From NCBI GenBank assembly GCA_900539525.1, contig UQCM01000009.1, forward strand, positions 5,535 to 69,534: 64,000 nt of DNA. The letters run 5' to 3'. Made by a program: the position numbers and the translations under genes. The number at the start of each line of letters is the position of its first letter. The stretch's first letter is position 1. The DNA is from an uncultured Blautia sp. Its GTDB lineage: Bacteria; Bacillota; Clostridia; Lachnospirales; Lachnospiraceae. The notes beneath the pieces are model-generated. The model was not told where the DNA came from. It saw only the letters and a list, made by a program, of their open reading frames with translations, and made no database searches. Below, one piece after another: positions 50,701-58,878 of the stretch.

Positions 50701-53397
50701 TATACCCACACTGATCTGGATTACAGTTCCTCCCATACTTATAAGGTGCGTTCAAGAAATGCAGATGGATATTCTGCCTGGAGTCAGGAACAGACATTTA
50801 CGTCCGCAGATGACCCGTGGAAGGATACACCGGATCCTCAGAACATTGAATGGACGGGAACGCTGTATGGAAATCACAGAGCAGAACTGGCATTTGATAA
50901 GGAATTCCAGGCAGGTGATGGAGGTTTCCACTCGGGGGATAATGCCATTGGACAGACACTGACAGTAGATTACGGCCTTGCCTGGGAGTTTGACAGAATC
51001 GAATATTATCCGCGTGATGATGCCGGAAATGGTACTGTGACAAAGATGCGTCTGGAAACCAGCCTGGATGGAGTAACCTGGACAGAGGCGAAGGTATTTG
51101 ACTGGAATGCAAATGCAGAGACAAAGACAATGACGGTCGGTGCAGCTGCCCGGTATATCCGGTTCACTCCGCTGGCAGCTGTAGGAAACTTCTTCTCGGC
51201 AAGTGAGATCAAGGCATATGTAAAAGAAAATTCCAGGGGCTTTGCAGTGGGAAGCACCCTTGGCAATGCAGAGGTAGCTGATGGTGATTATACGAATATG
51301 AAGAATTACCTGGGTATGTGCGTGAAGGATGAGACCTTTGTAAATCAGATCCAGAAGCGCTATGGCGATATCAATGGAAATGGTTATTATGATGCATATG
51401 ATTATGCCTTTACCATGTTCCAGCTGGATGGCGGCACAAAGAAAAAGGGCAATGTCAGCGGTACGGTCGGCCTGCAGCCCTCCGTGACAGAAATCGCAGC
51501 AGGTGAAACCTTTACGATTGATTTCTATGCAGAGGATACACTTAATGTAAATGCGGCCGGAAAAGTCATCAGCTATGATCCGGATGTGCTTGAATTTGTA
51601 TCGGTACAGAAATCAAATGCCATCGAAGACATGGAGGATCTGTCGATTCACAAGACATACGCAGATGGTACAGCGTATGTAAATCTGGCATTTGCAAATC
51701 GTGGTGACAAAGCGCTGTATAGTGGAAGCGGTACACTGGCGACGGTTACTGTGAAAGCAAAGAAAGCACTGTCTCTGAGCGGGACGGATGCCATCGATCT
51801 GACTGCCGGTATGCTGATCGGTCCGGATTACAGTACAGAAGGCACTGTGCTTCAGGGAACTCTGGAATCACCGGTTGTACAGCAGAAGTATCAGCAGAGT
51901 GATTTCGCCATCACGATGACAAATGAGAAGCTTCCGACAGATAACGGTACAAATGTATCATCCATGATCCAGCAGGGCAGCTACAACGGATTGTTTGACG
52001 GAAACAAAGGACGTGATTTTGAGTTTAAGTGGGATATTCAGCAGAATTTTGACAATACAGGGGCTCTTCCGGCGTATGTTACCCTTCCGGTAACTCTGCA
52101 TTTCAATCTGAAAAAGCCGGGCACCCTGCGTAAGCTTGTCGTTTATAACGCAAACAAGGCGAACGGATATGTGACCGCTGTTAAGGCAAAAGTAAATTAT
52201 GCAGACGGAACATCCTCGGAAGAATTCACGAAAAACCTGACGGGTTCTTATGAGGACTGGAGTGATTACTCTACGTTTACTTTTAGTTTTGCGGATGATA
52301 AGGAAGCCGACGGTGCAGATGTGACCATCCTGAAGGCAGTGAAAAGGGATGGTACAGAGATTGCCAATATGCTGACACTGGCAGAAATCGACCTCATGGG
52401 AAGTAAGGCAGAAGAGCAGACAGATTACACAGGGCTTTCAGAAAAGTATGAAGAGTATGCAAAGATTGTAAATACGGACAACAGGTATACGGAAGAAAGC
52501 TGGAAGAAATTCCAGGATGCACTTGCGGCAGCAAAGGCAGTACTGGATGATACAGCAGCAGATCAGGCGGCTGTAGACGCAGCTTTAGAGAATCTGAATC
52601 TTGCATATCAGGCTCTGGCAGAGGTACCGGCTGCGGTAGACCGTACAGAGATTACGAATAAGTGCAATACCTATGCAGCAGTGACCAACACAGGTAATAC
52701 GTATACAGCAGAGAGCTGGAAAACCTTCCAGGATGCGCTTGTGGCAGCAAAGGCGGTGCTTGCAGATGAAAAATCAGATCAGGCAGTTATAGACAGTGCA
52801 TTAAAAACACTGGAAGCTGCATATGCCGCATTGAAGAAGGTCTCCGATTCTGGAAAACCAGATCCGGAAACACCGGAGCCGGGAAATAAGACGCCGGTTG
52901 TCAAAGGAAAGATATATACAGTAAACGGAGAGAACTATCAGGTTCTAACAACTTCTGCTGCAGGAGGAACCGTGAAGTATAACGGATATGCTGGAAATGG
53001 CAGGTCCACGGTGAAGATACATGATACTGTAACACTGGAGGGTGCTGTCTATAAGGTGACTGTCATCGCAAAGAAGGCACTCTATCAGAAGAGCAAGGTA
53101 AAAAAAGTAACAGTTGGCAATAACATTTCCACGATCGAAGCTTCTGCATTTGAGAAGTGTACCGGTCTGAAATCTGTCACTCTCGGGAAAAATGTGAAGT
53201 CCATCGGCAAGCATGCGTTCTGTGGAGACAAGAAGCTCCGTACGATGATCGTGAAAAGTACAAAGCTGAAAAAGGTGGCAAAGCATTCACTGGCACAGGT
53301 GAAGAATCTGAAAGTAAAGGCCCCGAAGAAACAGATGAAGAAGTATGCGAAGCTTTTCAAAGGAAAGGGCGCTGCCGGTCTAAAGGTAGTAAAATAA
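47701..53397 (+). CDS. Giant secreted GH31-family glycosidase (about 1.9 kaa) with CBM32/F5-8-type-C, FIVAR repeats and a C-terminal BspA-type leucine-rich repeat; possibly alpha-N-acetylgalactosaminidase-like
   Basis: Signal peptide. GH31 acid/base block GWAGSQRYNSIWTGDQYGGNW...NPNVGSDMDGIFSG. FIVAR-like YTEESWKKFQDAL..A. LRR_5 block TIEASAFEKCTGLKSVTLG. Start taken at ATG 47701 with an AAAGGAGAGG RBS. Confidence 0.65.
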   Translation: MRKVRHLKKAGQKTIAFMIALGLTVSLMPAAPVLPTKAADFTGTLTEVKGVERDKTDVNIVWVTFNDNVKAKLTFLDNGIFRYNVDPTGEFSNYAVPRSSSHAARIQQYPDTSVKYAHPEASVESSTDAFTVKAGDVTVIFDKDTAKMTIKDGSKTVMEEKEALSINGTSTVQTLVKQEDENFYGGGTQNGRFVHTGEKIHIANESGWTDGGVASPNPFYYTTGGYGVLRNTFRDGDYDFGKAKDGTVTAEHEENEFDAYYFVSDASDGRGVAQELLQGYYKVTGNPALLPEYAFYEGHLNAYNRDSWSDTSGQKAWTIKGTDSASSEGTTIYESGMAAGYKLSDGMFSESLNGTGPTVAADKYPNVTTPYKYSARAVIDQYVDYDMPLGYFLPNDGYGAGYGQNGYGMTGGVNTDGSSSAERLAAVDANVANLKAFADYAKTKGVETGLWTQSYLVPDSNPNTEWQLLRDFKKEVQAGVTTLKTDVAWVGYGYSMQLDGVKTAYDTATTTVNYRPNIISLDGWAGSQRYNSIWTGDQYGGNWEYIRFHIPTYIGTSLSGNPNVGSDMDGIFSGDKIVSTRDYQWKIFTQEMLNMDGWGSYAKTPYTFGDPYTGINRMYLKTKAKLMPYLYTTAYSSSNINTGNQDTGLPMIRAMFLEYPDDPYAFSRSMQYQFMFGSQFLVAPIYQNTADTQGTGDDVRNNIYLPDKDAVWVDFFTGEQYRGGQTLNNFAAPLWKLPVFVKNGSIIPQYEENNSPSEIDRTNRIVEFWPAGSTEYTAVEDDGTYIENEITEDVEYGKIDNISYGDHVSTTYTSEVSGTTATLTAEKSAGTYTGYQQNKNTTFVVHVSQKPTGITAKNGETALNTAEVTTKEAFEQAVPEAGKAVWFYDAAPEIETYASEKETEFKNMVKDVKVAPKLYVKFAKADAKAVDQTLVIDGFANDGNLPAEKENTGLGVPTLTEDEEARTPSSITVNWTAVEGATSYEVMVDGIINTAGAALTYTHTDLDYSSSHTYKVRSRNADGYSAWSQEQTFTSADDPWKDTPDPQNIEWTGTLYGNHRAELAFDKEFQAGDGGFHSGDNAIGQTLTVDYGLAWEFDRIEYYPRDDAGNGTVTKMRLETSLDGVTWTEAKVFDWNANAETKTMTVGAAARYIRFTPLAAVGNFFSASEIKAYVKENSRGFAVGSTLGNAEVADGDYTNMKNYLGMCVKDETFVNQIQKRYGDINGNGYYDAYDYAFTMFQLDGGTKKKGNVSGTVGLQPSVTEIAAGETFTIDFYAEDTLNVNAAGKVISYDPDVLEFVSVQKSNAIEDMEDLSIHKTYADGTAYVNLAFANRGDKALYSGSGTLATVTVKAKKALSLSGTDAIDLTAGMLIGPDYSTEGTVLQGTLESPVVQQKYQQSDFAITMTNEKLPTDNGTNVSSMIQQGSYNGLFDGNKGRDFEFKWDIQQNFDNTGALPAYVTLPVTLHFNLKKPGTLRKLVVYNANKANGYVTAVKAKVNYADGTSSEEFTKNLTGSYEDWSDYSTFTFSFADDKEADGADVTILKAVKRDGTEIANMLTLAEIDLMGSKAEEQTDYTGLSEKYEEYAKIVNTDNRYTEESWKKFQDALAAAKAVLDDTAADQAAVDAALENLNLAYQALAEVPAAVDRTEITNKCNTYAAVTNTGNTYTAESWKTFQDALVAAKAVLADEKSDQAVIDSALKTLEAAYAALKKVSDSGKPDPETPEPGNKTPVVKGKIYTVNGENYQVLTTSAAGGTVKYNGYAGNGRSTVKIHDTVTLEGAVYKVTVIAKKALYQKSKVKKVTVGNNISTIEASAFEKCTGLKSVTLGKNVKSIGKHAFCGDKKLRTMIVKSTKLKKVAKHSLAQVKNLKVKAPKKQMKKYAKLFKGKGAAGLKVVK

Positions 53398-53412
53398 CAT
53401 CACATCTGATAA

Positions 53413-53447
53413 AGAACACGCAGCTTACAGGCTGCGTGTTCTTTTTA
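53413..53447 (+). terminator. Rho-independent terminator after the GH31 gene
   Basis: AGAACACGCAGC..GCTGCGTGTTCT followed by TTTT. Confidence 0.7.
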
Positions 53448-53454
53448 GGGATGG

Positions 53455-53483
53455 TTGACATCCTATGCCAACATTGATAAAAT
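53455..53483 (+). promoter_or_regulatory. SigA-type promoter for prfC: TTGACA, 17 nt, TAAAAT
   Basis: Consensus -35 element. Confidence 0.5.
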
Positions 53484-53514
53484 AGCCGTGGCTGTCCAGA
53501 ACAGAAGGGCAAAG

Positions 53515-53541
53515 GTTACTGTCCACTTCGTGACCAGTAAC
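53515..53541. repeat. Family-2 solo TIR hairpin (GTTACTGTCCAC-TTC-GTGACCAGTAAC) in the prfC 5' UTR
   Basis: Same palindrome as 42556-42582. Confidence 0.5.
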
Positions 53542-53608
53542 ACGCTTCCTGATGTTCTGAAAAGACAAAGATAACCGGAGAAACAAGAAAATAAGTGGAG
53601 GAATCACT

Positions 53609-55195
53609 GTGACTGATATAAGAAAAGAAATTGAAAAACGCCGGACATTTGCCATCATTTCTCACCCGGATGCCGGAAAGACAACGCTGACAGAAAAGTT
53701 TCTTCTTTACGGAGGAGCGATCAATCTGGCTGGTTCCGTAAAGGGAAAGGCAACGGCAAGACATGCCGTATCAGACTGGATGGAGATTGAGAAAGAGAGA
53801 GGTATTTCCGTCACCTCATCCGTGCTGCAGTTTAACTATGGAGGATACTGTATCAATATCCTGGATACACCGGGACATCAGGACTTCTCGGAGGATACCT
53901 ACCGGACACTGATGGCGGCAGATTCTGCTGTCATGGTTATCGATGCGTCGAAGGGTGTGGAGGCACAGACAAGAAAGCTTTTTAAGGTCTGTGTCATGCG
54001 TCATATCCCCATCTTTACCTTTATCAATAAGATGGACCGGGATGCCAATGATACCTTTGAGCTTCTGGATGATATCGAAAAGGAGCTGGGAATCGCCACC
54101 TGTCCCATCAACTGGCCGATCGGTTCCGGTAAGAGCTTCAAGGGCGTGTACGAGCGCGGAAGTAAGAAGATCACTGTATTTACCGATACCGAAAAGGGAA
54201 CGAAGGAAGGAGAGGCCAGAGAGATTCCGCTGGATTCCCCGGAATTTGATGAAGTCGTTGACGAATATCAGAAGAGTCAGTTACTGGAGGAAATCGAGCT
54301 TCTGGACGGTGCCAGCGCAGAGTTTGATCAGGAGCTGGTGAGCAAGGGAGAACTGTCACCTGTATTTTTCGGGTCGGCACTTACGAATTTCGGCGTGGAG
54401 ATCTTTCTGAAGCATTTCCTTTCCATGACCACATCTCCGCTTCCGCGAAAAGCAGATATCGGTATTGTGGATCCGATGGAAGAAGATTTTTCCGCTTTTG
54501 TATTTAAGATTCAGGCGAATATGAATAAGGCACATCGCGACAGGATCGCCTTTATGCGCATCTGCTCCGGTGAGTTCGATGCAGGCATGGAGGTTTATCA
54601 TGTGCAGGGTGACAGAAAGCAGAGACTTTCCCAGCCCCAGCAGATGATGGCACAGGAACGTCACATCGTGGACAAGGCTTATGCGGGAGACATTATCGGC
54701 GTCTTTGATCCGGGTATCTTTTCCATTGGTGACACGATATGTATGCCTGGAAAGAAATTTGCCTATGAAGGCATACCGACTTTCGCCCCGGAGCATTTTG
54801 CGAGAGTGCGTCAGGTCGATACCATGAAGCGGAAGCAGTTCGTCAAGGGAATCAACCAGATCGCCCAGGAAGGTGCGATACAGATCTTTCAGGAATACAA
54901 CACCGGTATGGAGGAGATCATCGTAGGCGTGGTAGGTGTGCTGCAGTTTGAGGTTCTTAAGTACCGCCTGGAAAACGAATACAATGTGGACATCCGTCTG
55001 GAGACGCTTCCGTACGAGCACATCCGCTGGATCGAAAATAAAGATATCGATCTGAATAAACTGGTGGGAACTTCCGATATGAAGAAAGTCAGGGATCTGA
55101 AAGGAAATCCGCTTCTGCTCTGGGTAAATTCCTGGAGCATTGGCATGACGCTGGACCGGAACGAAGGATTGCAGCTGGCGGAGTTTGGAAGATAG
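53609..55195 (+). CDS. prfC: Peptide chain release factor 3 (GTG start)
   Basis: AIISHPDAGKTTLTEK G-domain. GTG at 53609 with an AAGTGGAGGA RBS. Confidence 0.9.
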   Translation: MTDIRKEIEKRRTFAIISHPDAGKTTLTEKFLLYGGAINLAGSVKGKATARHAVSDWMEIEKERGISVTSSVLQFNYGGYCINILDTPGHQDFSEDTYRTLMAADSAVMVIDASKGVEAQTRKLFKVCVMRHIPIFTFINKMDRDANDTFELLDDIEKELGIATCPINWPIGSGKSFKGVYERGSKKITVFTDTEKGTKEGEAREIPLDSPEFDEVVDEYQKSQLLEEIELLDGASAEFDQELVSKGELSPVFFGSALTNFGVEIFLKHFLSMTTSPLPRKADIGIVDPMEEDFSAFVFKIQANMNKAHRDRIAFMRICSGEFDAGMEVYHVQGDRKQRLSQPQQMMAQERHIVDKAYAGDIIGVFDPGIFSIGDTICMPGKKFAYEGIPTFAPEHFARVRQVDTMKRKQFVKGINQIAQEGAIQIFQEYNTGMEEIIVGVVGVLQFEVLKYRLENEYNVDIRLETLPYEHIRWIENKDIDLNKLVGTSDMKKVRDLKGNPLLLWVNSWSIGMTLDRNEGLQLAEFGR

Positions 55196-55223
55196 CATTT
55201 TTGCCAGATGGGGACTGTCAAGA

Positions 55224-55379
55224 GTTACTGTTCACACGTCAGCCAGTTCGAGGTGTTTTTTGTGAGTGTAGCGAAGCGAAAGTCACATAAAAACCCGAGA
55301 GTAGCAGCGCGATATGATGCAGAATGCATCATATCTGTGCATCGCGAAGCGTGTTACTGGTCACGGAGTGAACAGTAAG
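55224..55379 (+). mobile_element. Family-2 MITE-like element, copy C, with perfect 12-bp TIRs GTTACTGTTCAC / GTGAACAGTAAG
   Basis: The best-preserved copy, 156 bp. Confidence 0.7.
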
Positions 55380-55480
55380 CGTTAAGATAGAGAAACGAAA
55401 AATTTGATTGCCAACTTCCCGCATCTTGGTATATAATAAGAACCATACAAGCATCCACAGAGAAACGAGGAGGTCTTTAC

Positions 55481-55867
55481 ATGAGCAGGGAAGAAAATCA
55501 GAATAATTATACATTACAGAGCGATGAGAGCTTCGGACAGGTGCAGATAGCAGATGAGGTTGTGGCGATCATTGCAGGGCTGGCAGCTACCGAGGTCGAG
55601 GGCGTTGCAAGTATGGCAGGGAATATCACGAATGAGCTGGTTGGAAAGCTTGGAATGAAGAATCTTTCCAAGGGGATCAAGGTTGCCGTTGAGGACGGCG
55701 TGGTACAGGTAGACGTAGCGCTGAATATAGCATACGGATACAGTGTTCCGAAGACCTGCCAGAAGGTACAGGAAAAAGTAAAAGCGTCCATTGAAAACAT
55801 GACCGGATTAGAAGTATCCAGTGTAAATATACGGATTGCCAGTGTGAGCATGGAAAAACGTAAATGA
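55481..55867 (+). CDS. Asp23/Gls24-family alkaline-shock/envelope-stress protein
   Basis: VQIADEVVAIIAGLAATEVEGV motif. Confidence 0.8.
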   Translation: MSREENQNNYTLQSDESFGQVQIADEVVAIIAGLAATEVEGVASMAGNITNELVGKLGMKNLSKGIKVAVEDGVVQVDVALNIAYGYSVPKTCQKVQEKVKASIENMTGLEVSSVNIRIASVSMEKRK

Positions 55868-55874
55868 TTTATAG

Positions 55875-55906
55875 AGGGATGTCTGGTTTCAGACATCCCT
55901 TTTATT
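55875..55906 (+). terminator. Hairpin plus T-tract between asp23 and nusB
   Basis: AGGGATGTCTG-GTTT-CAGACATCCCT followed by TTTATT. Confidence 0.55.
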
Positions 55907-55920
55907 GGAAAGGAAAAGCG

Positions 55921-56316
55921 ATGACAAGACATGAATTAAGAGAACATATTTTCAGACTGCTCTTTATGGTGGAGTTTCATGAGCACGAGGAGCTGCCGGA
56001 GCAGGTAATCCTTTATTTTGACGAGATGGGGGAGGCTTCCGAGAAGGATCTGGCATACATCGAAGAAAAGTATGCAAAGATTAAGGAATTGATCCCTGAG
56101 ATTGATGAAGCGATCAATGCGGCAGTGACAGGATGGAAAACAGCACGTATGGGAAAAGCGGAGCTGTCCATTCTGCGCCTGGCAGTCTATGAACTGAAAT
56201 ATGACACTGAGATTCCGACGGGAGTAGCGATCAACGAAGCCGTTGAACTGGGGAAAACCTTCTGTGGAGAAGAATCGCCCGCATTTATCAACGGAATTCT
56301 GGCAAAACTGGTATAG
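55921..56316 (+). CDS. nusB: Transcription antitermination factor NusB
   Basis: Size and position (asp23-nusB-xseA). Start set at MTRHELREH. Confidence 0.75.
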   Translation: MTRHELREHIFRLLFMVEFHEHEELPEQVILYFDEMGEASEKDLAYIEEKYAKIKELIPEIDEAINAAVTGWKTARMGKAELSILRLAVYELKYDTEIPTGVAINEAVELGKTFCGEESPAFINGILAKLV

Positions 56317-56328
56317 ACGGCGAAAACC

Positions 56329-57570
56329 ATGCAGAAAAGAGCTTATTCCGTAGGGCAGATCAACACATATATAAAAAACATGTTTACCCGGGACTTTGTG
56401 CTGAAGCGCATTTATGTCAAGGGTGAGGTTTCCAACTGTAAATACCACACTTCAGGACATATCTACTTTTCGTTGAAGGATGAGACGGGAAGTATTGCCT
56501 GTATTATGTTTGCAGGTATGAGAAAGGGACTGGCTTTCCATATGGAGAACGGTCAGCAGGTGGTAGTACTGGGCAGTGTAAATGTCTATGAGAGAGACGG
56601 AAGATACCAGCTTTATGCCAGTGAGATCATACTGGACGGTGCAGGCCTTTTATATGAAAGGTTTGAGGCGCTGAAAAGAGAGCTGGAGGAAATGGGGATG
56701 TTCGCACCGGAGTACAAGCAGCCGATACCGAAGCATATCCGAAGGCTGGGAATTGTCACAGCACCTACCGGGGCGGCCATTCGTGATATGATGAATATTT
56801 CGTCAAGAAGAAATCCATACGTTCAGCTTATCCTGTATCCGGCCCTGGTGCAGGGAGAGGGTGCAGCCGACAGTATCGTGAGAGGAATCCAGACCCTGGA
56901 TTCCTATGGAGTCGATACGATGATCGTGGGAAGAGGGGGAGGATCCATTGAGGATCTCTGGGCCTTCAATGAAGAAAAGGTGGCAAGAGCGATTTTCGCG
57001 TGCAGTACCCCCGTGATTTCTGCAGTCGGCCATGAGACGGATGTAACGATTGCTGACTTTGTGGCAGATCTTCGTGCTCCGACTCCTTCGGCAGCGGCAG
57101 AGCTGGCCGTAGAAGATATCCGTCTGGTGCAGGAGAGACTTTTGCAGTATCAGATCCATCTGAACCGCCGGATGGGGGACAGGATCCGTGAAGAAAGACT
57201 GCGTCTTTCGGGCTATCGGACAAAACTGACCTATCTGAGTCCCGAGAACCAGCTCCGGGAAAAGCAGCAGATGCTTGTGGAGCGCGAGGAGAGACTTTCT
57301 TCACTGATGGAACAGAAGCTCAGACAGAAGCGTCACCAGCTGGAGCTGTATATCGAAAAACTGAAAGGGCTTTCGCCCCTGGACAAGCTGAGCCGGGGAT
57401 ATGCGTATCTGTCTGACGAGGAGAACAGAAAGATTACTTCCGTGTCACAGATGCAGGAAGGAAGCAGAGTACAGATCTATGTGAGGGACGGAAGTGTGAC
57501 GGCATATGTAGAAGAAGTTCACCGATTAAATAGATTCCCGGATAATCAGAAAGAATCTGATATGGGTTGA
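56329..57570 (+). CDS. xseA: Exodeoxyribonuclease VII large subunit
   Basis: OB-fold N-terminus plus an ExoVII_L core. Confidence 0.9.
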   Translation: MQKRAYSVGQINTYIKNMFTRDFVLKRIYVKGEVSNCKYHTSGHIYFSLKDETGSIACIMFAGMRKGLAFHMENGQQVVVLGSVNVYERDGRYQLYASEIILDGAGLLYERFEALKRELEEMGMFAPEYKQPIPKHIRRLGIVTAPTGAAIRDMMNISSRRNPYVQLILYPALVQGEGAADSIVRGIQTLDSYGVDTMIVGRGGGSIEDLWAFNEEKVARAIFACSTPVISAVGHETDVTIADFVADLRAPTPSAAAELAVEDIRLVQERLLQYQIHLNRRMGDRIREERLRLSGYRTKLTYLSPENQLREKQQMLVEREERLSSLMEQKLRQKRHQLELYIEKLKGLSPLDKLSRGYAYLSDEENRKITSVSQMQEGSRVQIYVRDGSVTAYVEEVHRLNRFPDNQKESDMG

Positions 57571-57708
57571 AGAAGACAGGACGATACAAATTGAGCCGTC
57601 AGGAATAGTAGTGATGGATGACGGAAGATATGGAAAAATCATGGTAAATATATGAAACCGTCAAAACATATTGAGTAACATGCATATGCATAAAATCCGG
57701 GAGGGAAA

Positions 57709-57948
57709 ATGGCAGAAAATAAAGAAAAGCAGTCAGGGTCACAGAACGGGGAAATGACTCTGGAGGAGGCATTTCAGCAGCTGGATCAGACGATCGAGGC
57801 ACTGGAAAGCAGAGAGATCACTCTTGAAGATTCCTTTGTGCAATACCGGAAGGGAATGGAGCTGCTCAGGCAGTGCAGCGAAAAGATTGATACCGTAGAG
57901 AAAAAGATGCTGGTTCTAAATGAGAATGGAGAAGCCTATGAATTTTAA
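57709..57948 (+). CDS. xseB: Exodeoxyribonuclease VII small subunit
   Basis: 79 aa helical protein in the conserved position. Confidence 0.8.
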   Translation: MAENKEKQSGSQNGEMTLEEAFQQLDQTIEALESREITLEDSFVQYRKGMELLRQCSEKIDTVEKKMLVLNENGEAYEF

Positions 57949-58825
57949 TGAGGAATTGAAGATACGCACAGCCAGGGTGCAGAAGATCATTGAATCCTGG
58001 CTGCCGGAAGCGGAAGGCTTTCAGAAGACGGTGCTGGAGGCAATGAACTACAGCATGCTGGCCGGTGGCAAAAGGCTCCGCCCCATGCTGATGCAGGAAA
58101 CCTATCATCTGTTCGGGGGAGAAGGCAGGATCATAGAGCCGTTTATGGCAGCGATGGAAATGATCCACACCTATTCGCTGGTTCATGATGATCTTCCGGC
58201 ACTGGACGGGGATGAATACCGGAGAGGGCGGAAGACGACCTGGGTAGTCTATGGGGAAACCATGGGAATCCTTGCCGGTGACGGTCTGTTAAATTATGCC
58301 TATGAAACGGCATGCGAAGCCTTCAAGATGGAGCCGGGAAATCCGTACATCGGGCAGGCACTGTCTGTACTGGCCAGAAAGTCCGGTGTCTACGGGATGC
58401 TGGGAGGACAGTGTACGGATGTGGAGGCAGTGGGAAAGACACTTTCCCGTGAGAAGCTGGATTTCATTTACCGTCTGAAGACGAGTGCTCTGATCGAGGC
58501 GGCTATGATGACAGGCGCTATCCTGGCAGGAGCTGCGAAAGAGGATGTTGAGGCAGTGGAGAGAATTGCCTCAGATGTGGGACTGGCCTTCCAGATCCAG
58601 GATGATATCCTGGATGTGACCAGCACGACGGAGGAGCTTGGAAAGCCTGTGCTGAGTGATGAAAAAAACGAAAAGACCACGTATGTGACGCTGGAAGGAA
58701 TGGAAAAAGCAAAGGCAGAGGTGGAGCGCATTTCACAGAATGCGATCGACACACTGGACAGTCTGAAGGCAGAGAATGAATTCCTGAGGGAATTGATCAT
58801 ACATCTGATAAATCGCAAAAAGTAG
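57938..58825 (+). CDS. ispA: Farnesyl/geranyl diphosphate synthase
   Basis: LVHDDLPALD and FQIQDDILD Asp-rich motifs. Start ambiguous (57920, 57926 or 57938). Confidence 0.85.
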   Translation: MNFNEELKIRTARVQKIIESWLPEAEGFQKTVLEAMNYSMLAGGKRLRPMLMQETYHLFGGEGRIIEPFMAAMEMIHTYSLVHDDLPALDGDEYRRGRKTTWVVYGETMGILAGDGLLNYAYETACEAFKMEPGNPYIGQALSVLARKSGVYGMLGGQCTDVEAVGKTLSREKLDFIYRLKTSALIEAAMMTGAILAGAAKEDVEAVERIASDVGLAFQIQDDILDVTSTTEELGKPVLSDEKNEKTTYVTLEGMEKAKAEVERISQNAIDTLDSLKAENEFLRELIIHLINRKK

Positions 58826-58878
58826 GACGCCTGTTCCGGACGGTGGACAGGAACGGCGGAAGAAAAGCAGGTGATAAG

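Noticed and set aside
51340-51600. Cohesin-dockerin pair inside the GH31 protein
   Set aside because: There is only a single EF-hand/dockerin-like Ca loop (DINGNGYYDAYD), not the duplicated dockerin repeat. The cohesin assignment of the following beta-rich segment is a guess. I mention it only as a domain of unknown type.
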